DNA of 63,834 nt, filler included, from Basidiobolus ranarum (lineage: Eukaryota), in assembly GCA_040143965.1 (NCBI GenBank). It is 6 parts of 6 records of this genome, joined end to end, with 100 filler letters (N's around TTAATTAATTAA, not from the genome) between each part and the next. Parts side by side here need not be neighbours in the genome. Positions count along the whole stretch, not along the records: positions 1 to 10,577 come from JASJQH010000692.1; positions 10,678 to 21,248 come from JASJQH010000693.1; 4 more parts are not named here. The stretch is one strand, 5' to 3'. How positions within the stretch are numbered: position 1 is the first letter of the stretch; the number at the start of each line of letters is the position of its first letter. The translations under genes and the position numbers were made by a program. Below, in pieces: positions 1 to 12,840 of the stretch. The notes below the pieces were generated by a model. The model worked only from the letters and a program-made list of their open reading frames with translations, ran no database searches and was not told the origin of the DNA.

Positions 1-311
1 GTGAAGCAACACAAGAAGCAATATGGTTAAGAAAACTCTTAACAAATTTGGGTTATTTTCAAATTTCACTAACTATAATATTTCAAGATAATCTTAGCTA
101 AAGATCCCATGTTTAATGATAGAAGCAAACATATAGATATTAAGCATCTCTTCATTAGAGAGACTGTAGAGAATATGTTTATTGACTTAACTTATGGTTC
201 TACAGAAGACATGATTGCTGATGTATTAACCAAACCATTAGCTAGACAGAAATTGGAGAAATTTAGATCTTTATAAGGATTAGTTAATATGACTATTAAG
301 TTGAGGGAGAG
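1..311 (+). mobile_element. 3' end of a decayed Ty1/copia pol (RNase H) plus polypurine tract
   Basis: Hand translation gives ...FNDRSKHIDIKHLFIRETVENMFIDLTYGSTEDMIADVLTKPL..., matching the copia RNase H motifs HIDIK/MIADxLTKPL. PPT TTGAGGGAGAG lies at 301-311, directly before a TGTTG LTR start. Confidence 0.9.
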
Positions 312-661
312 TGTTGAAGTTAGCATTGTCTAAACATCTATATAGTTATATATAGCTTAGTACCTAGTTATCTTATATTTCACTAACATATTATCCATTA
401 TTCTCAAATGGAATTTACTTCAAATATTTTTTACTAACTTAGAAGTTCTCAGCTATATAGATTTTTTCAAACTTGTGCTAGAAGCCCCAAACTTTGCACA
501 CATGTTCCTGGGACTTTTCTTAACACATTCTACATATTAGTTGGCTTATATCTGGACAAAACTATAAATGTCAACTTTCTACTCAATAAATCAATATGTG
601 AAAACCACCAATTCCTCTAATTCTCCAAACCACTTCCAACAGGCTTGCAAATACTTTGACA
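312..661 (+). mobile_element. Copia LTR family A, copy 1 (3' LTR, ~350 bp)
   Basis: TGTTG...GACA termini, follows the PPT, contains TATAAA and AATAAA. Aligns by eye with six other copies in the window. Confidence 0.9.
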
Positions 662-739
662 ACCATTAGCTAAGCTGAAATTTGAGGATTTTAGACCTTC
701 CTTAGGATCAGTTTATATGACTATTTAGTTGAGGGAGAG

Positions 740-1078
740 TGTTGAAACTAGCATTGCCTAAACACCTATATAGTCATATATTGCTTAGTACTTAATTATC
801 TTATATTTCACTAACATATCATCCATTATTCTCAATTGGAAATTACTTGGAATATTTTTACCAACTTAGAAGTTATCAGATGTATAGATTTTTCAAAGAA
901 GCCCCAAACTTTGCACACATGTTCCTGGGACCTTCCTTAGCACATTCTACATGTTAGTTTGTTTATATCTTGACCAAACTATAAATGTCAACTTTCAGCT
1001 CAATAAATCAATAAGTGAAAACCACCAACTTCTCTAATTCACCAAACCACTTTTAACAGGCTCCCAAATACTTTAACA
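740..1078 (+). mobile_element. Copia LTR family A, copy 2, with PPT upstream and PBS downstream
   Basis: TGTTG...TAACA termini. Preceded by a second copy of the pol 3' end and PPT (662-739) and followed by GGTAATGAGCCC. Confidence 0.9.
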
Positions 1079-1092
1079 GGTAATGAGCCCCA
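1079..1092 (+). promoter_or_regulatory. Primer-binding site, half-tRNAiMet type (Ty5/Drosophila copia-like)
   Basis: GGTAATGAGCCC immediately after the LTR end; one mismatch from the GGTTATGAGCCC PBS that pairs with the initiator tRNA anticodon arm. Confidence 0.7.
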
Positions 1093-1277
1093 AGTTTGAG
1101 CTCTCTGTAATGTCTGGTTATTGTAACATCTTACAAATATAGAGCTAACAATCCAGTCAAGTTTATTACAAGTACATTAAACTGTAAATTGATCACAACT
1201 TGAATCATTAACCTAAATTATCAAACCTGTGGATGTTACAAAAGGGAAAGATATCATGTGAGGAGTACTTCATTTTA

Positions 1278-2868
1278 TTACTCTTGATCCTCATCTATCT
1301 CTGGAAGTGGGAAGCTAAGAATGGCAGCCACACCAGTCAGTTGTTCAAGTTCTAAAGAAGAGGTAGTTAGAGAGAGAAAGTATCAGAAGAACTTTCAAGA
1401 AACTTGTACTAACGTTCACCAGTAACATGTAAACTTGAGAATATATGGACTTTTCCACCCATAGCTCTGACTGATTCTACAAGAGAAATATAGCGTTTAC
1501 GGGTCGGAATATCAGCAGCCCTAGTATGATAATATCAGTGGATGTGAGGAGCGGGGTTGGTTGTACAGTAAATTATACCTAAATAGCCCATCGGTTAATA
1601 GTAATGTGTCTACGGCACCCATCTCTTCAGCTCTTTTGACGTGGTCATAACCGTAATACGCCCTATCGGGATCTTGGTTGAGCATAACATAGAAACGATC
1701 CAAGGCCTTGATCTCTTGGGCGGCTTTAGTGTCTGCAAGCTTCGTTTGGATAGATGGATCTTGCATCACCTCTTGCAATGAGTGCTTATGGCCACTAGAG
1801 CTGTGTATCAACAAAAATTTGGGTTTATTTTCGAGTAGAACTTTGTTTTCGCTTTTCTGAAAAGAGAATGGGTGATGTTATTAAGCGAAGAGAAAGGTGC
1901 ACTCTCCATGAAATCACCTACCACTGCCTCAGCAAATATATACTGGTAGAGTTGATCCTAGATCGCGAAAAATTCTTTAGTCTACCGATTTATGTTGAAT
2001 GCGTGCTCTAGCTATACCTTAACAAACCCAGGACTAGCTATGATCACGGTTTTCACCACCGAAAAATCTACGTGCCGGATGATACCTTCCATGACTTGTT
2101 GATAAAATTTCTGTAACCCTTTTTCATAATTGGTAGTAGAGCCTTTACGTTTCCTGGGTACAGGTGTTTCAATTCTCTGACGTACAATAGTCATATGCTG
2201 CGTAAGTAGGCAGATATTCGCTAAGCCTATAAAAAATATTGAGGATTAGAACAATAGAAAAATAAAAGTATTGTTGGGTACAAAACAAATATCCTTCTAA
2301 CCTTCTTGTAATACAACGGCTGCAACATCTGCTTGCTTAGAAATATCACAAGCTTCTTCAACACGCTCCAATGAGATAGTATCCCATTCGGGCTTTAGTA
2401 ACGTAAAATTACGGTTCAATTCCAAATCGATCGTGTGGTACGCTCCCAACTAGATATAATATATACGTTAACAAAAGAGAAACTTACAACAACCTTATCA
2501 TTTTTCGGAGGGGGTGAGTAAGTACCTTGACATGTTTATTCTCGCTAATATTTTGTCCATTGATTCTTAATAAACCGGCCTGAGGATCAAAATTTACGTC
2601 TGAAACGGTGATGGTCAAAGTTAATCGAACTCTTGTGCTCTCCACTGAACCAGTATTACTCTCGGATTGAACTCGTCTATAAGGCAAAATCAACAGAGGA
2701 ACGTCTAAGGGAGGATAACAAACTGAACACAAACCTAATGGTCACAGCTCTTAGTTGATCCCCTTTTTGAATCAAGTTATAGACATGCCACATATCTTCC
2801 AACTCTTCCGGATATAACGTAACATAACCTGTCTTGTCTTTCTCTATATGCTTTTTGATAAGCTTCAT
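1278..2868 (-). CDS. DOM34: Pelota/Dom34 ribosome-rescue factor (multi-exon)
   Basis: Exon peptides [44 protein letters not shown]-like [43 protein letters not shown] and DPDRAYYG. Last exon [24 protein letters not shown] with stop at 1278-1280. GT-AG introns. Confidence 0.95.
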
Positions 2869-3249
2869 GACTTTGTACTAACAAAAAAGGTGCCAACTAT
2901 CAACGATGGTTTATAACCAAGCACAAAAACTATATAGGTTATGATGAAAGTATCTATGACGTCAATCGAACGCCATCAAACAAATTTTTTGATCTAGTTT
3001 TTGGAAAATTTAAATGAACTGGTGACAAAGTTATCTAGTGTTGAACAGATAGAGCAACCAACCTGGATATATGTAAAATTATGGGAATTATATTATCGAC
3101 TTGATGTTCCGAATACAGAGCTTTTGATTATTATTGAAGACGTTAAGCACCTTCTGTCAGGCGAGATAAAAAGCGGGATAGAGAAATAGGTGAAGAGGAT
3201 TAAATTACATCTATACAAATTGCGATATAATGGATGGGAATTGGGTGTT

Positions 3250-4892
3250 TTAGAGAGTTGCTCCATCTGGCCCACGATAAATAGCTATAACCACTGCCAT
3301 TGAAAGAAAGAACAAGAATCGGCACCACTTCAATATGCTCTTGACCAGGTACTTCACTAACCTTCCGATCCAACCAAAAATACCTCTTCTAGGTATCACC
3401 TCCTCTGAGTCGTCATCTTCCGAAGATTCCTCAAGGAGTTCTTTGGATTCATCGCCGTTGAATACACCTCTTAAATAATCGTTGTACTGCATGGACGATG
3501 TAGGACTTTGATAAGAACTGCGTGGAGTTCGGCCAGCAATAGGTGTAGAGGCGATGTACCCGCTATGTGCAATGGTACGTGGGGTCATGACGGTGTTGGA
3601 GATACTGTGTGTAGGAGTGGTCTGAATAAACCACTCAGATTCAAGCTCATTTAATAAAGTTCCCTTCCTTCTAATGCTGGGGGAAGGGGTATATCCGGAA
3701 TTTCCAAGGAAGCTACTTCTATTTGGACTCCGAAGCATGGATCCCAAAGGACTAGCAGTTGGTGAGAAAACCCCAGGCACTGAACGAGGTGAAAATTGAC
3801 CGAAGATATTTTGAATCCATGACCGTTGATCCTCTACCGATTGTGATAGTTCAGCGACGTGCATTGACTGTCTTTCAAATGCACTTTGTAATTCATTATA
3901 ATCTCTGGCAGTTTCTTCCAAATCCTTGACCTGCATTGCAGCATCCTCAAGCTGGCACATTGCTGACTCGAGTCTCTGCTCAAGGTGTGATTTGAGTGAA
4001 AAGATGTTATCATTCAACCTCTCCAATTCGGTAATCTTGGTAATTAGTACATCAACGACTTCATCCTCTGCTTGCTGATGTTGTCCTTTTGGGGAGTTTG
4101 ACCTATTGGATTGCTGTGAGGAAGGTCGGCTGCGCTGATCTTCACGATGGCGCGACGAAAGAGAGTGATTTTGATTTTCTAAATCTTGGACGGATTGACA
4201 AGCATGTTCCAGCTCAAGACGTAGCTGCTCAACCTCATGTTCTAGTTTACGGATTCTGCGGTTTCCATTCTTTCGTATCTGGTCATTTTCATGCAACGCA
4301 TTATCGAATTTTTGTTGCAAATCTTGATTCATTTGTTCAAGAGAGGTGATGGTATCTTGCTCATCATAACGACTGTTGTTACGCTTAGGAGTAGAACGAA
4401 GTCGTGGTGGGGGTGGAGCCGGTGATAGCTCATATTTTGTACTCAACATTGTACCGTTATCATTATCACGAATAAGCTTTTCGTTAAGTGAGTTTAATTG
4501 TTGGACATATTCAACTAGCTCCGAATATTTATCTTGCAAGATGTCGTTTTCTTCGATTACGTGGTTACGGAGTTTTGCAGCAAGTGTTAGTTCTATTCAA
4601 CGTGCAAGTGTATATATTAATAAATTTCTATGTTTCTCTATCTCAAGAGGACGTATTGAAAATTCGTTCTCTTTTCTATCATGTAAATACCTCTGTCTTT
4701 TTCCATTATCAAAGCATAGGCCTCACGAAGTAGTTTCTGAATCTCATTTTTAGTAAATCTGCCCAAGGAAGCCCGGTGGCTGTGCTTACTTGGAGAAGCG
4801 GGAGATAGCATTGGGGTTATAGAGTTCTCTACCGGTAGAGCTAGAAGAGCATCCACGGTAGAATCAGGGGAATCTACAGGAAAGTTATTCAT
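3250..4892 (-). CDS. Coiled-coil protein with HAP1/TRAK/BICDR-like CC1-box region and C-terminal membrane anchor (2 exons; intron 4593-4690)
   Basis: A 98-nt GT-AG intron joins ORF 4638-4892 to ORF 3250-4539 in frame, giving LIMEKDRELTLAAKLRNHVIEENDILQDKY. Long heptad regions follow, and the C-terminus is hydrophobic: KWCRFLFFLSMAVVIAIYRGPD. Confidence 0.8.
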
Positions 4893-5930
4893 GTAAGAGA
4901 GTAGGATTCTTTAGCTTGTATTAATTTCAAGCGTAAAGACAATTAAAGAATAGGTTTGTTTAATACAGCAGGGAGAAAAAGCGAGTTAACTTTAGTATAT
5001 GCCTAATAAGATATGCTCTCTATATTGAAGATATATCGGTATTATAGAAGTTGTTTGTATTGGCTCAGGAGAGAACAAGATTGATGATACTTGCCCCCAA
5101 ATTAGGATAAAAATCTAAACCAAGGAACACAACTAAAATTACTGCAGTGACTTGGTTTTCAACATTCCCCAAGAATCTGTAGACTTTGATAATTACAAAT
5201 ATCTCATAATAACCGAGCAGTAAATAGGCAATCGTAAAAAAGCGCCCATTGCTCCTTGATTTTTGAGTATTTAGCACTATGTGAGCGAACTGGTGTTCCT
5301 TCAAAGCAGGAAACAACATGAACTACACCATTCAATTAAGGTAGCACGATTCTCGTATAGTTCTAGATCTTGACAATCCCATCTCCACGTGAAAACATCT
5401 CGGTGATGGTAGTTGCAAATATAACCATTAGGGTTACTGTACTAGTTCAAGCCTTGGCAAATGATAATTGAAACCTCCTAGTTGAGATAGATTATTATGT
5501 TGGAAAACAGCTCGACGGTTCCCAACTACTTGCCGTGATATTTGTCATGATTTTGGCAGAATTTAGTCATGTATTCCCTTTTAGAGATATCACACTTATT
5601 AATAAGGCATTTTCTCGAAAAGGGAAATTATGTTTTTATTACTAAAATGCGTGGACATTGAGAAAACATGTTGGCGTATCAAATACCACATAACTATATA
5701 TATATATTAGGCCAATAGTGATAAATAGCAGCTGCACAGATGTCGCACACGTTGGAGTTTCGTACATATATATATATATATATGTATGATCGAGGTCAGT
5801 TCCAGTTCTAAACAATCTTCTCTTCTCTGGGCAGTGTCCCAAATTCAACTTTCAGACCTTTGCCTCTCATCATCTTAGATAGTATTCAAAAAGTGTTCAT
5901 TCTTAGTCCTAAGCTTACTGCATAATTTCA

Positions 5931-8839
5931 ATGGTGGAGGATGCTAGTATTGCATTTCAACTAGCTATTATTCAAGGACGTCAGCTGCCAGTGAAAGGTA
6001 GAGGTGACAGCCCTGATCCTTTCGTATCGATATACTTTAATGGTAAAGAATATCGTACTTCAGTAGCACGACGCAGTTTGAACCCTGTTTGGAATGAGGA
6101 ATTCAATTTTTCTGTGAAAGCATCAGACTTTCCCTTATCTATAAAGTTGGTTTGCTGCAGTAAAGATCGTATTCGTAAGAATTATATTGGTGAAGTATGC
6201 TTGTCTACTCATCACTTGGTATCAGGAGAATTCCCCAAGACTTGGGAGCAAAGTGAAATCGAGGATTTTCAGCTTACTGATCGTAGAAACAAGAACAGGG
6301 TAGAGAATCCAGGTTTTATCCAAGTTAGATATGGTTTTGTCACTAGTGAAGATGCTATTAGTGATTTCGTATCTTGGAGGCCTATTTGGGATGCATTTGC
6401 TGCTCAAAACCTTCCTGTCTACACAGATTTATACCAATCTTTTGGGATCACTCTCCCAGAGTCCAATGGATACTTGTCCTCTCCGACAGAGGATTTCAGT
6501 GAGACTGAGAAAGAGCTTACTGGTAGGTATTTGTGCTCGAGTGTTCTATTGATTGCGTTCGTCTAATGTAATTTTGATTTTCTTGCCTTGTTGTTTCTTA
6601 ATTGCTTCAATGCAGAGGCCACCACAGAGTGCTTGCTACTTGATCAGGAAGTGCCGGATTCCACTGCCTTGTCCGGAGGTAATAGTAGTGTTTCCTACAA
6701 TGACTCCGCCTTGGCTGCAGTCGATACGAAAAATCCACTCCTGGGGGTGGTGTTTATAGATATTGTATCCTCTTGTGATTTACCATACGATAAGAACTTA
6801 ACTCGTACTTCGTTTGATATGGATCCATTTGTTGTTACTACCCATGGTAGAGAAACTTTCAAAACTCGATTTCTCCGACACACTCTTAACCCCACGTGGA
6901 ACGAAAGACTCTGTTTTCACATTCGTCGCTCCTACTTGAACCACGTTGTCAAATTCTCAATATACGATCATGATAAGTTTAGTAATAATGACTTCATAGG
7001 GAGTTATACCATGACAGTTCAGGAATTACTGAGTCTTAAAGGGCAAACTATTAGTGGCCAAAATATGGTAATGGTGGAGAAAACGGTTCCTTTGGTTCTG
7101 GCTAAAGAGAAATGGAGAGAATCTTTCAAATCCAACTTGACTATTCGTACATGTTTTAAGACTACAGAGGAGTTACGAAGCGTATTTTGGATGGCTTTAA
7201 TCAAGCAGCATGATTCCGATGAAAATGGGTCAATTAATCATTTTGAGATTTTGGCCATGTTAGAATATTTGAAAGCTAGAACCCCGGAGAAATTGGCGGA
7301 CCAGTTTTTTAGAGAATGCGGGAAATCACCAAATATTGATGAACTTTCGTTTGCAGAACTCGTTACCGTTTTAGAATCTTATACACAAGGCGATAAATGT
7401 AGTGATACTTGGGGAAATACACCTTCACTTGAGGACTCAGCTTCACGAAGTAACATGGCTTTCGAAGGTAGTCTTAGAGGACATAACATGTTTTACATCG
7501 ATATATGTCCTATCTGTTGTAGATTCGATCTTTCAATGTCGAATGATACCGATATCATAATACATGTTGCTATGTGCACCATGGAAGATCCTGGGATATG
7601 TGTTGACCGCCTGATGCTGGGAGACTTTGTTACCGAGGCTTACGCTCAACGTAAATGGTTTGCTCGTGCTGTAAATAGATTAGGGTATGGGCGTTATCGA
7701 GTTGGACGGAACAACGCCAACATCATCGTTCAGAATAGAGCTACTGGACAGCTGATAGAGGAAAAAATTCCTGCATACATTCGACTCGGTATTCGCCTTT
7801 TGTACAAAAACATTGCCTCCAAATCAGCCGTAGATACGAGAGCAAGTAAGTGATAGTATACTGATTATAAGTGGTAATATATTTTGCTCAACTGTCTTTG
7901 TTTAGTCCGCCGCCTGCTAAAAGCCACTTCTTTGAAACAAGGAAGAAAGTTTGATGATCCAGCTTCTATTCGTGATATTCGTCCTTTCATCCAATTCCAT
8001 CAGATAAACACTGACGAAATTCGAGACCCTATTGAATCATTTAAAAGCTTCAATGAGTTTTTCTATCGTAAGATCAAGCCTGAGAGCCGCATCCTTGTTG
8101 CACCAAATGATCCCAGAGTTGTAGTATCGCCTGCAGATTGTCGATGCACTTGTTTCCCTACCACAAGTGATGCTACACGTTTGTGGATCAAAGGTGAAGA
8201 TTTCACAATTGCTCGTCTCTTGGGCGAGACCTCAGAAGAAAATCAGGTTTTGGCTCAGATATTCGAAGATGGCCCACTGGCCATTTGCAGACTAGCTCCT
8301 CAAGACTATCATCGGTTCCATTTTCCTGTGGATGGACGAGTTAGGTATCACCAAGTAGTTAATGGTCAATACTTTACCGTAAATCCTATGGCTATCCGAA
8401 GTGGTCTTGATGTTTATGGAGAGAACAAGAGAAACGTAACTATTATTGAAAGCGAGCAATTTGGCCTAGTTGCTTATATTTCTATCGGAGCCATGATGGT
8501 ATGGAGGGTTATCACTCACTATGAGTTCTACTACTAATAATGAGTTCTTCAAAAAACAGGTAGGTTCTATCGAATTGACTTGTGAGCCAGGTCAGCGTTA
8601 TTCTCGTATGGATGAGTTTGGATACTTTGCATTTGGTGGATCTACTATAGTATTGCTTTTCCAGCAAGGAATGGTCAGATTTGATACTGATTTGGTGGAG
8701 AACTCTCAGCGTTCACTTGAAACACTGGTATGTTGTGATAGTTATTTTACATTTTATGATTATTTCTGTTTACCTTCTACTACAGATACAAGTAGGCAAT
8801 TCCATAGGTATTAGACCAGACGCTCTGAAAGCACCATAG
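5931..8839 (+). CDS. PSD2: Phosphatidylserine decarboxylase 2 (C2-C2-EF-hand-PSD; multi-exon)
   Basis: Two C2 domains (DPFV...LNPVWNE; DMDPFVV...LNPTWNE), EF-hand DSDENGSINHFE, FNEFFYRK, SPADCR, RLAPQDYHRFH and the autocleavage motif FGGST. Last exon IQVGNSIG...*. Confidence 0.95.
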
Positions 8840-10016
8840 TTATCCCTGGCTCTTCGTTATACGAATCATGTTTATACATACATACATCATGCATGCCCTC
8901 ATTAATATCTTTGATCAAACTAAACTTGATTTTTAAAGATCTTTTTTAATGATTTAAATAAGAAATAGACAAATTTGAGCGATGCATACGTTAATATATG
9001 CTATTGCATACAGTCAAGCTAGTTTCAGACCATTGAGCCTCATTTCACGTATTTTTAATGGAGTAGTCACTTATCATATGAAATTAGTCCAACCTATTTA
9101 ACGAGCGTTATTGCTTGGATTTCATATCTTTCTACTATTTTTACATGTCCTAGGAAAGCAGCGCTTTAGCAATTGTTTCTATAGACACTTTTTGAACTGC
9201 ATTGAGGTAATACATCAGGTTCCCGGTCTCGTGGAGTCGGATACCTCGGAACTTGATATTTCAGGATAAATATTTACTGAGTCATTCGTAAATGCTCTCG
9301 GCTATCTGTACCAGCTGCACTTAAAATCCACGACCGGTTTAACTTAAAGGAGTAATGGACGATTGAAATCCCCGAGAAATGACATTTATCCAGCGCGTGT
9401 AACCAAGACCCGAAACACGTTAATTCCTCAAGAACACGGTAGATAACATTCACAACGCGCTGATTCACAACGGAATCCATTTGCTGCCAGACAAGGAGCA
9501 ACAGTTGGAAAAACTCTCCCGAAAAACCAATCGTATAAACTAGCTAATGTTCCTTGGTTAATTTTAAATTTCCAAATTCATTCATATGCTAATTCTTCTT
9601 TTTTGAGCCTGTTCTCGTTCCTCATGACACTGTAGTTGGCACAGCTACGCTAAGCCACACTCGGAATCAAATATGGCCACCAATTGCAACCCAAAATGAG
9701 GTATGGGGTTTTAGGAACCATTGTAGTGACTCCACAAACCTCAAATTCACCCATTATGTAGATTGATATCGAATTGATCACCTGGTCAAGGCAGAGTATC
9801 GGTAAATCTATCCATGGAATTTCCAATCCCGATAATCCGTTGAAAATGACTTTTAATATGTGCCGAGTAACTATCCTCGAGATACTTATCATTTCACAAA
9901 TACGGACTGGCACCACATGAAGTTTTTGGATCCCTAATCAGTGATCTATTAAGTTTTATTTCTTTCAAAGATGTTTGAGGCTCATCATGTAATGTGGCTA
10001 AACCCAACTGCCAAGC

Positions 10017-10577
10017 CTATAATAACCCTTCCATTTCCTTCATAAAATCTTCGTACTCATCATTTGTCGAGCTTTTCTGTGGTTTCGATGCTGAAGAACT
10101 CACACTTGCGTTCGATGGAGCCGGATTAGGGGGTTTAACCGGTCCCATCTTCCCGAATATAGAGGCAGTAAGGTTGGACAAATTCGTAGTAGGACGTACG
10201 GAGGTATCTACATTATAATCCATATCTGGTGCAGCATTGATTTTTGGTAAGGAGACTTTTGGAATAGCCGGTGAACTTACACCACCGGTTGCTTTTTTTC
10301 GTAATACTGCAGCTGGTACAAGCTTTGTGAGTTCTTTTTGTAAATTCCGGATCTGTGGTTCAGCAGATATAACCGCAGGAGCGGCGGGTTTTTTCACTTC
10401 ATTAGCACTATCACTCTCTGACCTGCCAGGCCTACTTGTCTTATAAGGAGAAGGACGGTGTTCATTACGTGGCGGTGGTGGTGGGGGACGACGTAATGCT
10501 CCAGGTGCTTGTGGAGCCATGTATGGGACGCCTGGTGGCATGGGCTGGAATGGAGGTCGTCCTGGGGGAGGAGGGCG
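10017..10577 (-). CDS. WBP11: WW-domain-binding protein 11 (WBP11/Saf1-like), 3' part truncated by contig end
   Basis: Pro-rich region, ISAEPQIRNLQKELTKLVPAAV, and the terminal DEYEDFMKEMEGLL, which matches the conserved WBP11 C-terminus. Confidence 0.85.
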   Translation of the reverse strand, partial: RPPPPGRPPFQPMPPGVPYMAPQAPGALRRPPPPPPRNEHRPSPYKTSRPGRSESDSANEVKKPAAPAVISAEPQIRNLQKELTKLVPAAVLRKKATGGVSSPAIPKVSLPKINAAPDMDYNVDTSVRPTTNLSNLTASIFGKMGPVKPPNPAPSNASVSSSASKPQKSSTNDEYEDFMKEMEGLL

Positions 10578-10677
10578 NNNNNNNNNNNNNNNNNNNNNNN
10601 NNNNNNNNNNNNNNNNNNNNNTTAATTAATTAANNNNNNNNNNNNNNNNNNNNNNNNNNNNNNNNNNNNNNNNNNNN
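10578..10677. other. Artificial contig linker (N44-TTAATTAATTAA-N44)
   Basis: All-frame stop linker of 100 nt; recurs five times. Confidence 0.97.
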
Positions 10678-12475
10678 TCACCTAAATTCACATTTCTGGT
10701 TCCAGAAAACATAATCAGCACAATTTAGGAAGTGTCTGAGAAGATTCCTGCTGTATCTGAGCTCAATTTAACTGATGTTCCAGGCCCAATTTTGCCAGAG
10801 ATTAATTCATGTACCGGATAATCATCCAGAAGAAAAAATAAGCCAGAGAACAGGTTGAAAACTTCCAATGGTGATGGATAAGCTCATGCAGCATTCAGCA
10901 ACAAACACCAGAATCTATATCAAGCTCTAGAGTGTCTAGAATCAAAATTATGGGAAAAAGCAATGTCAGATTAGTTTTTTTCACTTCAGCAAAATAAAGT
11001 GTAGGTTTTAAGTCCTCTATCATCATGTAAAAGCCAATAAGTTGCAAATGGGTCTATAAAGTGAAAACTTGAGCTGACAGAGGTATAGAAAAGCATATGC
11101 TAATACTAGTCTCAAAGTGCTATTCCCAAGCTCCAGGAGTTGATTTTAATGAAATATTTGCTCCAGGAGCCAGGTTTAGCTCCTTTAAGTCAATCCTGGC
11201 CTCTTTGTTATGTATAATTTGATTTACATCAAAAGGACATAAAGCAGCCTTTCAGAATGGAAATTTAGAAGAAGAGATATTTATGGAGCCACCAGATGGA
11301 ATTTTTGACCCAAAACATCCTGATATGGTTTGTAAACAGCACAAATTGCTACCGGGACCCAAGTAAGCACCCAGGGCATGGTACAACAAGATAGATACCT
11401 ATTTGGAAGCACTGGAATTCCAAAAATGCACCGCAGATCACAGTTTTTTCATCCAAACAATTGGAAATAGGATCCTTATCTTGGCACTATATGTGGATGA
11501 CTTGATCATACCCACAAATGATCTAGAAGCACTTAATCAGACAAAACCAAGCATATCAAACCAATTTCAGATGATTTATATGGGTGAATTAAGTTATTTA
11601 CTTGTAAATCAAATCAAGAGAGATAAACTCAATCAAAAATTAATGCTGAATCTGTCTAGATACATCCTAAACATCCTAAAGTGCTTCAAGATGGAGAATA
11701 GCAATTTGCATCAATGCCAATGGATCCCATTGTGAAATTAGTCAAAATATCATTGGATTTGGCCCAAAATGACTCATATTGAAGCCAGGAGTTTTCTTAA
11801 TAATGTATTGTGAGTAGTTTGACATAAACAATGCTTGGAACACATCCAGACATTGCTGTGGCAATGGGAACTGTCAACCAATCCCTCAAAAATCCAGGAT
11901 CTGAGCACAAAACTGCAGTAAATTGTATATTCAGGTATTTGAGAGCAAATGTAGATCTGGTTCTGAAATACTGTGGCACTCTTGATGCACAAAATTTTGA
12001 TGGTGACAGTGATGTAGACCAGAGAAGAAACCTTGATGACTGAAGATCAACAACTGAGTTCATGTTTCTCTATGGTAATGGAGTGATAACTTGGAATAGC
12101 ATGAAGTACCCAACCATAGCACTCTCCACTATTGCAGCAGTGTCTATGGCTACCTCTGCTGTGATAGAAGAAGATATGTGGCTAAGAAAGTTATTTACAG
12201 ACTTTGGATACAAGCATAAATGCGCTATTACTGTGTTTGAAGATAATCAAAGTTGGATTGCATCAGCTATATTCTCTAAATTTCATACTAGAACAAAGCA
12301 TATAAGTTTTGGGCAGCATTCTGTCAGAGAAGCAATAGAGGAAGATATAACAGAACTTGCCTATTGTCCTACTGAAAAATGATTGCTGACATCTTAACCA
12401 CACCTTGAGCTAGAGCACAGTTTCTAAGATACAAGTTAGGTTTATGTGTAATGCAAAATAATTGGTAGACTGAGA
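10678..12475 (+). mobile_element. Decayed Ty1/copia pol (RT + RNase H), multiple stops and frameshifts
   Basis: CKWVYKVK, GVDFNEIFAP, AFQNGNLEEEIFMEPP, LALYVDDLII (YVDD), THPDIAVA, IALST and FHTRTKHI. Confidence 0.92.
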
Positions 12476-12797
12476 TGTTGAAATCAGGTAAATAGCAAAT
12501 CAATATTTAGCATTTGGTTTATTCTTATTCTAATTATTAAGCACTCAGTTCTGCCTTTCAAAAATATGTGTTTATTGCTCTAATTAACAGAAATATTAAT
12601 TAGATAACTTTTAGCAATTTTCACTATTTTCACAAAGCTTCTCCAAATCATCTCAAATTTTTACCCATGCTGAACAGGCACATTTGTTATGATCTAAGCA
12701 CATCCAGTAGTCTTATTTCATAGTAAACTATCAGCAGGATTTATGCAATTCAATAAATTTGAAATATCTGATTCACATATTCAAATCTTTTCAAAAG
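12476..12797 (+). mobile_element. Copia LTR family B, copy 1
   Basis: TGTTG start after the RNase H end; aligns with 13978-14260. The 3' end is approximate and is followed by a degenerate PBS-like GTATTATGGTTCCC. Confidence 0.75.
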
Positions 12798-12840
12798 TAT
12801 TATGGTTCCCCTAAACACATTTCTCAGTTAGTTCATTCAG

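Noticed and set aside
3001-3189. 62-aa ORF between Dom34 and the coiled-coil gene
   Set aside because: TTG start, sits in promoter/3'-UTR space, no homology evidence.
9200-9950. Protein-like short frames between PSD2 and WBP11
   Set aside because: Interrupted by stops with no motif I can identify; possibly a decayed gene, but unsupported.
10622-10633. TTAATTAATTAA palindrome recurring every ~10.6 kb
   Set aside because: Artificial six-frame-stop linker inside N runs, not a biological repeat or CRISPR.
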